From positions 496 to 64,495 of the forward strand of contig JAEUUL010000025.1 of NCBI GenBank assembly GCA_016787485.1: a stretch of DNA of 64,000 nucleotides, in the 5' to 3' direction. The notes beneath the pieces are model-generated. The model did not search any database and was not told where the DNA came from. It worked only from the letters and a program-made list of their open reading frames with translations. Shown one piece after another: positions 7,620 to 17,425 of this stretch. The DNA comes from Bacteroidota bacterium (lineage in GTDB: Bacteria > Bacteroidota > Bacteroidia > NS11-12g > UBA955). Numbering within the stretch: the stretch's first letter is position 1; every line of letters begins with the position of its first letter. The position numbers and the translations under genes are program-made.

Positions 7620-9875
7620 ATGAACCGATTTTCCGGGCTGCATTTTTTTCTGTTGTTTCTTCTTGGTACTGCCAATCACCGGGTTTTCGCACAACTGGGT
7701 TTTACATGGACCACCTATACCAACGACCCTACTGTTTATATCACCTTTGATGATATCACCAGAAGAAACAAAATAGAGTTCGACACCTTATCCTGCTATT
7801 GTTCGCCGGGATATAAAGTACTCATTACCAGCAATAAGAAAGACTCGGTAACCGGGTTGATATTGGGCAAAACGTACTATGTACGCAACATTCAAATCGA
7901 TGCTTCAGGTTCAAATATCGGAACATGGAAAGCCACCACCAATTATTATGTGGCCGGTTATGCCGCATCGGATCTGATGTCTATGAACAGTCCGGTTGTT
8001 GAAAACAAATCGCCTTACATTTATACCGATTTTCAGCCGGGTTCCAAAACACGGATGGAGTTGTATTACGACACTGTGCCCACGTTCAATACGCCGGCCT
8101 TCATAAATTACAGCAACGATGTGTATCCCAATTATTCCTTCCCCTCGTTTACGCACGGGAAAGAATTTTACCTGAAGGCTAAAACCACTTTTGGCAATCA
8201 GGTGCTTCCGGAGAAAATCATCAGGGTAAGAAACAACTATAAGCCTCAGTTGCAGGTGGCAGGCCTGCAGTGTTCCACCTCTCCGGCCAAAGTGAATCTG
8301 TATCTGAACCATGTCTATTCAAGTTATCCTGCATATTACAAAGGGAAATTTTATATTCAGTCCGGAGGAAAATGGGACAGCATGGATATTACAGGAAATA
8401 CCACATCACGTCTTGTAAATGTTTCTGATACCAACCCATTAAAATATTACAGCTGGCAACGGGTGGCCATGAGCAAAGATACGGCCCTGATTTTGGATTC
8501 AGGTGTGATTGCAAATCCTTTGTTCAGCAATCCCCAGGCATTTCAGACCGGGTACTATGAAAACCATCAGGCTTTTGTGATGTTCTCATACAACTGCAGC
8601 ACAACGTATGAATTTCAGGTGTGGAAAGACAGCACATTTACAAACCTGATTCAATCCCGCACCAAACTGACCACTGGCAGCTCCGGCAATGATTCTGTGA
8701 TACTGAAATTTGACATGTATGCAAACAATGTCATTAAATACAGATATCAGCGCGGGGGAGTGTGGTCTGGTTGGAAATACTACAGCCGCAAAAATTATAC
8801 ACCGCAAACTTATGCATATCCTCAGCAGTACCTGAATACGCCAGGTCCTTTTTCCCAGTTGACCCACGCCAATGTATACAAAGGGAAATGGGTACAGGCG
8901 GAACTGGATACAGTGATTCATTTCACTTCCGGGTGGAAGAAAACAGTATTGGTTCGAGACTCCAATCCATTGTTTATTCCGCTGTACTACCAGCCCTTGC
9001 AGTATATCCGCATACGGCAAACCGACGGGATATGGTACTCTCCATGGTCGAGAACATTTGCACAGGTAAACGAGGCAAAAACAAAAAGTCTTGCACCGGA
9101 TTGCAGAAGTACCTATCCAACCATAAGTTTTAACGGCACAAATACGCAGTGGCGCAGATATTTTGATATTGAATACGGAGCTTCTCCCACGGATTTGCGG
9201 TATAAATTGCATGATGTGGATTATACCACGGATGCCACACCCATATTAGCCGGTGGAAACATTTATGCCCGTATCCGGTACCGCACGATAGTGGATACCA
9301 TGTACTGGTCAGACATTACCACCTGTACCTATACAAGAAACAATTATTACTGCGTAAATCCCTACATATCATGGGTGGGTATGCGGGCCGGCAAAGACAC
9401 GCTGCATGTGCGGTACGTGGATAAGGACCCCGCACATACGGAAGGTATGCTGTTGCTGATTGGCGACAAGAATAAAAACGTACTCGGATTTAAAAACCTG
9501 GCGCCTGGCAGTTCACTGGCCGTAGTGCAAACAAAGAACCTGCCGCCTGCGGGGTGGATTACCATCATTTCCAATTGCAGCAACTGGAATTACATTTATC
9601 CCGGTTCGTACAAATGGTTCTCCTATTCAAACCCCAGCCTGGGTTTGGGAGAAATTGCCCAGTCGCCCATGTATTACCGTTCTGAAGACTATCTGCTGAT
9701 TTTCCCCTCAGCATTGGAACGCAATATCCGTGTTTTTGAAATGTCGGGTAAATGTGTATTGAGTGCCTCAACTTCTGAACAGGAATTTTCAGTGCAGAAC
9801 CTGAAATCCGGTGTTTACCTGGTGGCTGTTTCCAGCGCGCAGGGCAGTACAAACTGTAAAATTCTCGTGCCCTGA
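7620..9875 (+). CDS. Secreted protein with a type-A T9SS C-terminal sorting domain and an N-terminal domain of unknown function. The ORF track starts at 7560; the signal peptide starts at MNRFSGLHFFLLFLLGTA.
   Basis: C-terminus ...IFPSALERNIRVFEMSGKCVLSA...LKSGVYLVAVSSAQGSTNCKILVP fits the T9SS CTD pattern. The body is Y/W/N-rich with no recognisable catalytic motif. Confidence 0.55.
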   Translation: MNRFSGLHFFLLFLLGTANHRVFAQLGFTWTTYTNDPTVYITFDDITRRNKIEFDTLSCYCSPGYKVLITSNKKDSVTGLILGKTYYVRNIQIDASGSNIGTWKATTNYYVAGYAASDLMSMNSPVVENKSPYIYTDFQPGSKTRMELYYDTVPTFNTPAFINYSNDVYPNYSFPSFTHGKEFYLKAKTTFGNQVLPEKIIRVRNNYKPQLQVAGLQCSTSPAKVNLYLNHVYSSYPAYYKGKFYIQSGGKWDSMDITGNTTSRLVNVSDTNPLKYYSWQRVAMSKDTALILDSGVIANPLFSNPQAFQTGYYENHQAFVMFSYNCSTTYEFQVWKDSTFTNLIQSRTKLTTGSSGNDSVILKFDMYANNVIKYRYQRGGVWSGWKYYSRKNYTPQTYAYPQQYLNTPGPFSQLTHANVYKGKWVQAELDTVIHFTSGWKKTVLVRDSNPLFIPLYYQPLQYIRIRQTDGIWYSPWSRTFAQVNEAKTKSLAPDCRSTYPTISFNGTNTQWRRYFDIEYGASPTDLRYKLHDVDYTTDATPILAGGNIYARIRYRTIVDTMYWSDITTCTYTRNNYYCVNPYISWVGMRAGKDTLHVRYVDKDPAHTEGMLLLIGDKNKNVLGFKNLAPGSSLAVVQTKNLPPAGWITIISNCSNWNYIYPGSYKWFSYSNPSLGLGEIAQSPMYYRSEDYLLIFPSALERNIRVFEMSGKCVLSASTSEQEFSVQNLKSGVYLVAVSSAQGSTNCKILVP

Positions 9876-11995
9876 TGAGGATGAAAAGAATGATATCAGC
9901 AGCCCTGTTTTGTGTAAGCTGGCTGTGCCCCGGTTCATCTCAACTGCGGGCCCAGCAGGCAATCACCCAGCTGCAGTGCGAAGGTCCGGTGCCGGAGGAT
10001 TTGCAAAAATCCATGAGTGAATTTGTGAAAGGAAACAATGATTTTGAGAACAACAGTTTGTTGGGTGTATTTCAGTTGCTCAGCAGCGGGAATGTGCTCT
10101 ACGGCAATGATGAGCATGTTTTACTGAAAAGGGTGGGGGCTCATATTCTTGAGAAAAACCATCTGAATGCAGATATCCATTTTTATCTGTTGCGCAGTGG
10201 ACTTTTCAATGCGTTTGCTACCGATGACGGTTTTGTTTTTGCTACAACAGCATTGCTTGCCCAGGTTGAATCGGAAGATGAACTTGCTTTTGTACTTTGT
10301 CATGAAATATCTCACTATTTGTTAAAACACAATCTGCAAAGTCAGACCTACAAGGAAAAAACCGTAAAAGAGGCGTTGCAGGAATTAAGGAAAGCACGCA
10401 AGAATAAGAAAAACAACATCGATCAAAAGGACCTGGAGATTTCTCTGGACAAATTGTTGCGCAATTATTATGCATATAACCGGTCGCAGGAATCGCAGGC
10501 AGACAGTCTGGGGCTGGCCTTATTTTTGAATACATCATACTCAACAGCAGTGTTGGAGAAACTCTTTGTACAGATGGGTGAATCTTTCCCCTTGTTCAAC
10601 AGATACAATTACAAACCTGAATTATTTTTCAACCAGAATATACCTGCAGCCCGTTTTATTTCTCAAGCAGGAAATTACAACCGTAACGTAAAAATTGCTG
10701 ATGTGACTTCAGACAGCAGCGAGGAATCCCTGTCAGACAGTATTTACAGCACCCATCCTGACCATTTATTGCGCTACCGCCAGTTAAGATACAGGATTTC
10801 TGCAGCAAAACCGAATCTTGAAAGGACAATGACCCCGGTATCCAGGGAAATGCTGCTGAGATTGTGGTCTGAACAATATCTGCTGCATCTGCAATATGGT
10901 CATTATGAACATGCAGCCGTTTTCTTAAATATCATCGAGCAGGAGTTTGACGAAATTGAGGATTTGGCGGCATGGAAAGCAGTCACCGGAATGCCGCTGC
11001 TGAGCCGGTATGCAAAGGAACATTCCGGATTTTCCAAATCGGACGAAAGGGATGCACATGCTCAACTGGCACGCATGCTTTCGGCACTGCCGGTTAACAT
11101 GCTCCGAAACAGCATAGCAGAGCATTTGGGTAAAGAAGTGAGGAATTCGACATTGCTTCGAATCCGGGATCACTATTCCCAGGTTCTGGGAAAAATAAGC
11201 TTGTCGAAATCTGAAAAATTCACAGATACGTTTGATTGGAGAGATTCTGCGACCAATAGGGTGCTGTTTCCCAATGAATCGAAAACACTGACTGCATTTA
11301 TTCCTGCGGGAAAACAGTTAAATGCATCGAGCCCGGTTATGGTTTACAATTCAAAGCCTACGAAAAAAAGGGTATCCAGGCGGAGAGGTCTCCGGTCTGA
11401 GTATCTGCTCATGCATGGAAACATGGTCTATGCCATGCAGAGTCCAGTATCTGCGATTGAAATTGCGAAAAAATCCGAAGATGGTGTGACATACATTCTG
11501 AATGAAGTAGAAAAGTTTGGTAAGAAAGAAGGCAATGATTATCAGCGGGTGGATATCACCGACAGGAGCAGGTTAAGCACGGAGAATTACAACATGAGCC
11601 ATCAGGTAAATGCATTGGTCAGGGAGTTGTTTTTACTTGAGGATTCTTTCCTGCGACCGGCGGGATCTGTTACCATTCAGAAATTCAAAAAAACAGGAAC
11701 ACCTGCGAAAGTGAATATTATATACCAGAACTGTTTTGAAGGAAAATCCGGCGGAGTGGGTATGTGGATGCTGAACGCCTACATTACCCATTTCAGCTTT
11801 ATGGTAGGAACGGATCTCGGGGCTTACTTTGAAAATATCGGAACCCGTTATCATTTGGTAAATCTGGTTTTAGACATAGAGAATTGTCGGACAGACTATA
11901 TCGCATTGTATGATTATCATTTCAAATTCAGGGAGGATGCCATGTCTGCTTTAGCGCAAAAGGTAAACAGAGACTTGAGGAGGTACCACCCATGA
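9875..11995 (+). CDS. M48-family-like zinc metallopeptidase with a signal peptide and a ~480-aa C-terminal extension
   Basis: ...NAFATDDGFVFATTALLAQVESEDELAFVLCHEISHYLLKH followed by QESQADSLG matches the BepA/M48 arrangement: helper region, HExxH, then the downstream E..AD third ligand. The start is coupled to the upstream stop (TGATG). Confidence 0.55.
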   Translation: MRMKRMISAALFCVSWLCPGSSQLRAQQAITQLQCEGPVPEDLQKSMSEFVKGNNDFENNSLLGVFQLLSSGNVLYGNDEHVLLKRVGAHILEKNHLNADIHFYLLRSGLFNAFATDDGFVFATTALLAQVESEDELAFVLCHEISHYLLKHNLQSQTYKEKTVKEALQELRKARKNKKNNIDQKDLEISLDKLLRNYYAYNRSQESQADSLGLALFLNTSYSTAVLEKLFVQMGESFPLFNRYNYKPELFFNQNIPAARFISQAGNYNRNVKIADVTSDSSEESLSDSIYSTHPDHLLRYRQLRYRISAAKPNLERTMTPVSREMLLRLWSEQYLLHLQYGHYEHAAVFLNIIEQEFDEIEDLAAWKAVTGMPLLSRYAKEHSGFSKSDERDAHAQLARMLSALPVNMLRNSIAEHLGKEVRNSTLLRIRDHYSQVLGKISLSKSEKFTDTFDWRDSATNRVLFPNESKTLTAFIPAGKQLNASSPVMVYNSKPTKKRVSRRRGLRSEYLLMHGNMVYAMQSPVSAIEIAKKSEDGVTYILNEVEKFGKKEGNDYQRVDITDRSRLSTENYNMSHQVNALVRELFLLEDSFLRPAGSVTIQKFKKTGTPAKVNIIYQNCFEGKSGGVGMWMLNAYITHFSFMVGTDLGAYFENIGTRYHLVNLVLDIENCRTDYIALYDYHFKFREDAMSALAQKVNRDLRRYHP

Positions 11996-12729
11996 GAATT
12001 TTTTGTCTGTTAACTACGGCAATTCTGAGCATTCAGGCCAGTGCGCAGACATTCCGGAATTATCGCCTTTGTGTTTCTGCGGGGGCACAGGTAATGCCTT
12101 TGTTTTTTATCGGGAAAGAGCCGTTTAAAAACAACCTTTTGGAATCTGTAAAACCCACATTGCAAATTGAGTTGCCGGTAAGCGCCGGTTTTTCACTGGC
12201 ATTGCGCACTACCCGCCAGTTTCAGCGCTACACCGTAACAGGAAAACCTGAAATTGAGGGTTTTCGGTTTGAAGATGAAAAAGGATTCAGCAGCAAGGTG
12301 AACGGCAGTTTTAGTGCAACCGAAATTCAGGGTCGCCTGTACAACACCGAAAGGGGGTATATGGCACCATGGGGACGTTACATTTATTATGGATTTTTCT
12401 GGGGGAGCAGAAGGGCTGTATTTCAGACCACGCAATTCAATATGAAGGACATTTATGGCAATACGGTGGTAACCACACTGGAACCTGATAGTAAAAAATC
12501 TCCCCGATATTATGGTCTCTCTCTGGGTTATGGCAAGAAACGGTATATCAACCATAAAAAGCGGGCGTTTATTGAAACCGGATTGTCATATATGTTGTTG
12601 TTTAACACATTTGAATTCAATTCCTACCTGGGCAGCAGTTTGTATGGCAATATGGAGACCATTTCCACCCGAAAATTTCAAAGTACGAGTTATTTTAATT
12701 TCTCTTTTTTATATGGTGTTTCATTTTAA
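11992..12729 (+). CDS. Small predicted outer-membrane beta-barrel protein (signal peptide, C-terminal ...YGVSF)
   Basis: 245 aa with alternating hydrophobic beta-strand pattern and a terminal aromatic residue. An ATGA start/stop overlap couples it to the protease gene. Confidence 0.4.
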   Translation: MRIFCLLTTAILSIQASAQTFRNYRLCVSAGAQVMPLFFIGKEPFKNNLLESVKPTLQIELPVSAGFSLALRTTRQFQRYTVTGKPEIEGFRFEDEKGFSSKVNGSFSATEIQGRLYNTERGYMAPWGRYIYYGFFWGSRRAVFQTTQFNMKDIYGNTVVTTLEPDSKKSPRYYGLSLGYGKKRYINHKKRAFIETGLSYMLLFNTFEFNSYLGSSLYGNMETISTRKFQSTSYFNFSFLYGVSF

Positions 12730-13288
12730 GGCCAGCCGTTATTTGCTGTTGCTTGCCGGTTCCGGATTGCTGATGATTGCAGCCTGTATGACTTATGACG
12801 GAGCACCCGACACGTACAAATTCAAAATGGAAACACAGATGAGTCCGGTTGGTTTTGACACGATGCCTGCAGAACTGACCCAGAGTAACCTGCTGAATGC
12901 AAAGGACATCCGGTTGGTTTTTCAATCTGTGAAGTATGATAAAGAACAGTATTACAATCCGTATACCCTGGAATTTGCAGACCCGGATGATCCTGGCAAT
13001 ACACTCACTGTGAAACTACAGGGTTTTTTTCCTGAGACCCGGTCCGGCATTGCCGTTACACCTTACATCAGCGGCAGTCTGAACAACCAGACAGGTGACC
13101 CGAAGCTGCAGGTGGAATATGAATATCAGGGCGGTGTTTTTACGCAGTCGTTTCTGCAGGTATCTGCCGCAGGTACCTGCCGGTTGCTGTTTCGCCGGCT
13201 GCGCGTAAAACATTCGCTGATACTGCCCAGCAGTCCTGCCTATACCATGGATGTGATGCTGGAGTTTCCGAAGCCGGAGCAGCAATAG
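12713..13288 (+). CDS. Lipoprotein of unknown function (MVFHFKASRYLLLLAGSGLLMIAAC...)
   Basis: Internal start of the 12512 ORF gives a lipoprotein signal/lipobox. It overlaps the preceding gene by 17 nt. Confidence 0.4.
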   Translation: MVFHFKASRYLLLLAGSGLLMIAACMTYDGAPDTYKFKMETQMSPVGFDTMPAELTQSNLLNAKDIRLVFQSVKYDKEQYYNPYTLEFADPDDPGNTLTVKLQGFFPETRSGIAVTPYISGSLNNQTGDPKLQVEYEYQGGVFTQSFLQVSAAGTCRLLFRRLRVKHSLILPSSPAYTMDVMLEFPKPEQQ

Positions 13289-13345
13289 GGATTAGCCTGG
13301 TTGAGAGCTAATCTATTTGAAAATAACTGATCTGAGAGAATGGGT

Positions 13346-14500
13346 TTATTCCCAGTTCCGCCATTCTGCGGTCATTTCAAAAACCTTTTCCAGTATGGCT
13401 TTTTCGGTATCGTTGAATTCCTTTTTTCTGCGGGGCATCACCAGGCTGGCGGTTTTACAGGCTGCATCGAGTTTGTAGGTGATGAAACCGGTGGCACCAC
13501 CCCAGGCAAAGTCGGGGACAAACTGCCGCGGGAACCCAGCCCCGAAAATGTTTGCAGATACGCCTACCACTGTACCTGTGTTGAACATCGTATTGATGCC
13601 GCACTTGCTGTGGTCACCCATAATCAGTCCGCAAAACTGCAGTCCGCTTTTGTCAAACCGGCCGCTGGCATAGTTCCACACTTTGACATCTTCGTAATTG
13701 TTCTTCAGGTTGCTGCAATTGCTGTCGGCACCTATGTTGCACCACTCGCCCAGCACGGCATTGCCCAGAAATCCATCGTGCCCTTTGTTCGAGTACCCCT
13801 GCATACTTATGTTGTTTACCTCGCCGCCCACCACACAGTAAGGTCCCAGAGCCGTTGGACCATAGACCTTGGTGCCAAGTTTCAATACTGCACCTTCACC
13901 CATCACCATAGGCCCACGCACATGACTGCCTTCCATGATTTCGGCATTTTTTCCCAGGTATACCGGACCATTTGTGGTGTTGATGGTGCATGCTTCTGCT
14001 TTTGCACCGGGTTCCAGAAATACCTGGTGCGGTCCGATGATGGTGACTGTGGATGACATTGCAGAAGATGTGCGGTTACTGGTAATCCGGGAATAATCCG
14101 CGGGTATTTCTGTCTGTAACAGGGAGAACAGTTGAAAAGGCCGTTGTATGCGATGAATTTCGTTTGTGAACTCAATAACTGAACTTGGCTCACCAGTTTT
14201 TTGGGCAAGCACAATTCCCTCTTTTTGCAATGTTTCTCCCGGCTTCAGCAATTGTACCGCCTCTGTTAACGCTGCGGAAGGCAGCAGGTTCCCTGCAATT
14301 TTCACATCCGCGTTTTCTACAGGAGGGTATTTTTCGCGCAGATAGGGCCGGGTTTCGTACCCATGTTCTGTCGCATGCAGGTCATGCACCCACTTTTCTG
14401 CTACCGTGAGCAGTCCGCATCTGAGATCAGCGGCAGGCCGGGTAAGGGTAAGCGGGTACAGGTGGTTAATATTTTCATCATCAAAAAAGGAGAGGCGCAT
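13346..14500 (-). CDS. GlmU-like sugar-phosphate nucleotidyltransferase with a C-terminal left-handed beta-helix (hexapeptide) domain
   Basis: 384 aa. The N-terminal nucleotidyltransferase-like region is followed by repeated [LIV]G-x-x-x-x hexapeptides (VVGGEVNN, IGADSNCSNLKNNYEDVKV...). Confidence 0.65.
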   Translation of the reverse strand: MRLSFFDDENINHLYPLTLTRPAADLRCGLLTVAEKWVHDLHATEHGYETRPYLREKYPPVENADVKIAGNLLPSAALTEAVQLLKPGETLQKEGIVLAQKTGEPSSVIEFTNEIHRIQRPFQLFSLLQTEIPADYSRITSNRTSSAMSSTVTIIGPHQVFLEPGAKAEACTINTTNGPVYLGKNAEIMEGSHVRGPMVMGEGAVLKLGTKVYGPTALGPYCVVGGEVNNISMQGYSNKGHDGFLGNAVLGEWCNIGADSNCSNLKNNYEDVKVWNYASGRFDKSGLQFCGLIMGDHSKCGINTMFNTGTVVGVSANIFGAGFPRQFVPDFAWGGATGFITYKLDAACKTASLVMPRRKKEFNDTEKAILEKVFEMTAEWRNWE

Positions 14501-14554
14501 ACGGGGTCGAAATTAAGATATTTCAATTGCCTCCCAATCAATAACTTTGTGGGT

Positions 14555-14815
14555 ATGTGGGGTTTTGCAGCAGGCTTCGGGTCTCTTTCACTGCTATTTT
14601 TGGTGGCTTACGGAGTTGCATACTATTATGATTACAGAAAGAATCCTGTCTATTTCAAAGAAGTACTGTCTTTCTGGCTGATTTTTCTGGGCGGTGCAGC
14701 CATCATCTTTTTCTTTTTTGCATTGTTGCTTGATTTAGACGGAATCGCCTTTACACTCTCCGTCTGCTGGATGAGTTGGGTTGCTTACCGGCTGAAGGAC
14801 AAACCGGCTGAGTAA
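14555..14815 (+). CDS. Small integral membrane protein (2-3 TM helices)
   Basis: Internal Met of the 14363 ORF (MWGFAAGFGSLSLLFLVAYG...). Hydrophobic throughout. Confidence 0.35.
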   Translation: MWGFAAGFGSLSLLFLVAYGVAYYYDYRKNPVYFKEVLSFWLIFLGGAAIIFFFFALLLDLDGIAFTLSVCWMSWVAYRLKDKPAE

Positions 14816-14820
14816 AGTCA

Positions 14821-14850
14821 AAAAAAAAGCCACCGGACGGGTGGCTTTCT
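14821..14850. terminator. Bidirectional rho-independent terminator (A-run, GCCACCG-GAC-GGGTGGC, T-rich). It sits between the convergent small membrane protein gene and rpmE.
   Basis: Hairpin flanked by A8 upstream and TTTCT downstream. Confidence 0.6.
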
Positions 14851-14866
14851 CCTGCAGGAATGCAGA

Positions 14867-15112
14867 TTATTTTTTTCCGTAGCGGCGCATGAACTTGTCA
14901 ATACGGCCTGCGGTATCTATCAGGTTTTGCTTGCCTGTATAGAAAGGGTGCGATTGTGAGGATATCTCCAACTTAAACAGCGGGTAATCCTGTCCGTCGA
15001 TATTGATGGTCTCTTTGGTATCGACACAGCTATGGGTCATGAAAGTGTGGTCGCAGCTCATGTCTTTGAACACAACCAAACGGTAATTTTTAGGATGGAT
15101 ATCTGCTTTCAT
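14867..15112 (-). CDS. rpmE: 50S ribosomal protein L31 (non-zinc type B form)
   Basis: [15 protein letters not shown]...[29 protein letters not shown] is collinear with L31 and has no CxxC pair. The ORF track starts 9 codons upstream. Confidence 0.85.
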   Translation of the reverse strand: MKADIHPKNYRLVVFKDMSCDHTFMTHSCVDTKETINIDGQDYPLFKLEISSQSHPFYTGKQNLIDTAGRIDKFMRRYGKK

Positions 15113-15167
15113 CGGAATCTGTCGGTTTTGGGGTTGCAAAAATACTACTTTACAATAAAAAATCCAA

Positions 15168-17405
15168 CTATTGCCCTAAACCATCTACATTGAGGTCTTT
15201 ACCAGATTCTACCGTATCGTCGGGATCATCGCCACAGTCGACCGAGATGCTTCCGGGATTTTTCGGTAAATCAGGCATATCTGTGCTAAGTCCCAGTGTT
15301 TTGTCAGCAGAAGCTTTGCTAAAGAAATACCCGTAAATGGGCAAAGCCATAAGGGCTCCTTGTCCCAGCCATGCGTTCCTGAACCGTACGCTGGGATCGT
15401 CGGCGCCAACCCAGGTGGCACATACGAGATTTTTGGTGACGCCCATGAACCAGCCGTCGGCGCTACCTTGGGTGGTACCTGTTTTGCCACCGATGCTGCC
15501 GCGCACACCAAATTTTCCTTTTAAGTAAGACCCCGTGCCAAAATCCACAACCCCCAGCAGCATTTTGAACATCATGTAGGCCTTTTCCTCACTCAGAACC
15601 TGGTCATGCCGGGGTTCGTTGAATTCTTCAAGCACGTTGCCTTTTTTATCTTCTATGCGGGTAATGAAGTTGGGTTCTACCCACAACCCTTTGTTTACAA
15701 AGGCGGTGTATGCACTGGCCATTTCAAAAGGGGAAAGTTCCACGGCTCCCAGGCATATGGCTGGTACTGGTTCGATTCTGCCTTTTTCAATCCCCACCCG
15801 TTCTGCAAATTTGATCACCATTTGAGGGGCTTCGTCCCCCAGACTTTTCATAATCTGGGCAGTAATCAGATTGTCTGAGTTTGCCAGACCCTGGGCCATG
15901 GTCATGGTTCCACCTTCACTGTAATCTGCATTGTGCGGCGACCAGGGTTCGCCATTGGCACCCTTGAAGGTAGTGCGTTCACGCGGAAATCTGGTGCAGG
16001 GTGAGGTCTTGTTGATATCCATTGCCGTGGCATAAACCAGGGGTTTGAATGTGGAACCCACTTGTCTGCGGGCATTGATATTCACATGGTCGTATTTGAA
16101 ATGCCGGTGGTTGATGCCGCCGACCCATGCCTTCACATTGCCGGTTTCCGGCTCTACAGCAATGAATCCGGCATGCAGGAATTTCTTGATGTATTTCATA
16201 GAGTCATAAGGACTCATCACCGTGTCTCTGTCTCCATTCCATGAAAAGATGGTCATAGGCACCGGTTTTTTCAATTCGGCCATAATGGCTTTTTCATCAC
16301 TTCCGAGTTTTTCTTTCAGAATTTTATACCGGTCGGTTTGGTGAAGGGCATTTTCAATAAAATTCGGAACGATGGACCAGTCTGAAATCCGGCGCCAGGG
16401 TGCTTCTTTTCCCCAGCTCTGTGTGAACTGCTTTTGCAGTTCCTTCATGTGTTTGGCCACTGCATCCTCGGCATATTTCTGCATGCGGCTGTTGAGGGTG
16501 GTGTAAATTTTAAGACCACTCTTGTACAGATTGTAGCCATTTTTCTTGCACCAGCCATCGAGATACCTGGCCATATAATCCCTGAAATAGATGGCCGGGC
16601 CCTCGTTGTCTACACTTACATAGTGAAGGACAATCTTATTGTCTTTTATCTTTTCGAAATCCTCAGAGCTCAGTTTATTGTATTTGACCATCTGAGACAA
16701 AACGACATTCCTGCGTTGTCTTGACCTTTCAGGATTCAGTTTTGGATTGTAGGCAGAGTTGGCCTTAAGCATACCCACAAGCACGGCAGCCTCATCTACC
16801 TTCAGGTCTTTGGGTTTTTTATTGAAAAACTCGTGGGACGCTGCATCAATGCCAAATGACATGCCGGAAAAGGGTACCGTATTGAGATACATGGTAATGA
16901 TTTCGTCTTTGGTATACCTGCGTTCGAGGCGGATGGCGATAATCCATTCCTTGCATTTTTGCATGATGCGGGTAATTTTCATCCGCGGTTTTTCAAACCG
17001 GCTGAACATGTTTTTTGCCAGCTGCTGACTAATTGTGGAAGCCCCGCCATCTCTGCCCAGACTTGCCACCGCGCGGGCTGTACCACGAAGGTCTATGCCA
17101 CTGTGTTCGGTAAAACGGATGTCTTCAGTGGCAATGAGTGCATCGTAAACACATTCTGCAATATCGCTGTGGCGGATATTTGTACGGTTCTCGAGAAAGT
17201 ACTTACCCAGTATTTCTCCGTCTTCGCTATACACTTCTGTACTCAGCGAACTTCTCGGGTTTTCAAGTTCTTTTATATCGGGGAGTTCGCCAAAAAGCCC
17301 GAAGCTTACCAAAACAAAAAACAGCAGCACAAGGCAGACGGAACCCGCAAAAAAGTTCCAGAATTTACGAATGAGATAAAACCCGGATCCGGGTGATTCA
17401 GCCAT
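15168..17405 (-). CDS. mrcA: Class A penicillin-binding protein 1A (transglycosylase + transpeptidase)
   Basis: 745 aa. It has an N-terminal TM, a GT51 region (EDxRFxxHxG-like [13 protein letters not shown]) and a transpeptidase with STFK and KTGTT motifs. Confidence 0.9.
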   Translation of the reverse strand: MAESPGSGFYLIRKFWNFFAGSVCLVLLFFVLVSFGLFGELPDIKELENPRSSLSTEVYSEDGEILGKYFLENRTNIRHSDIAECVYDALIATEDIRFTEHSGIDLRGTARAVASLGRDGGASTISQQLAKNMFSRFEKPRMKITRIMQKCKEWIIAIRLERRYTKDEIITMYLNTVPFSGMSFGIDAASHEFFNKKPKDLKVDEAAVLVGMLKANSAYNPKLNPERSRQRRNVVLSQMVKYNKLSSEDFEKIKDNKIVLHYVSVDNEGPAIYFRDYMARYLDGWCKKNGYNLYKSGLKIYTTLNSRMQKYAEDAVAKHMKELQKQFTQSWGKEAPWRRISDWSIVPNFIENALHQTDRYKILKEKLGSDEKAIMAELKKPVPMTIFSWNGDRDTVMSPYDSMKYIKKFLHAGFIAVEPETGNVKAWVGGINHRHFKYDHVNINARRQVGSTFKPLVYATAMDINKTSPCTRFPRERTTFKGANGEPWSPHNADYSEGGTMTMAQGLANSDNLITAQIMKSLGDEAPQMVIKFAERVGIEKGRIEPVPAICLGAVELSPFEMASAYTAFVNKGLWVEPNFITRIEDKKGNVLEEFNEPRHDQVLSEEKAYMMFKMLLGVVDFGTGSYLKGKFGVRGSIGGKTGTTQGSADGWFMGVTKNLVCATWVGADDPSVRFRNAWLGQGALMALPIYGYFFSKASADKTLGLSTDMPDLPKNPGSISVDCGDDPDDTVESGKDLNVDGLGQ

Positions 17406-17425
17406 AGTGCGAATATACGGGGGTT

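Noticed and set aside
13340-14056. 238-aa plus-strand ORF overlapping the GlmU-like gene
   Set aside because: It is antisense to a gene with clear hexapeptide-repeat homology, and its product is low-complexity G/H/F-rich.
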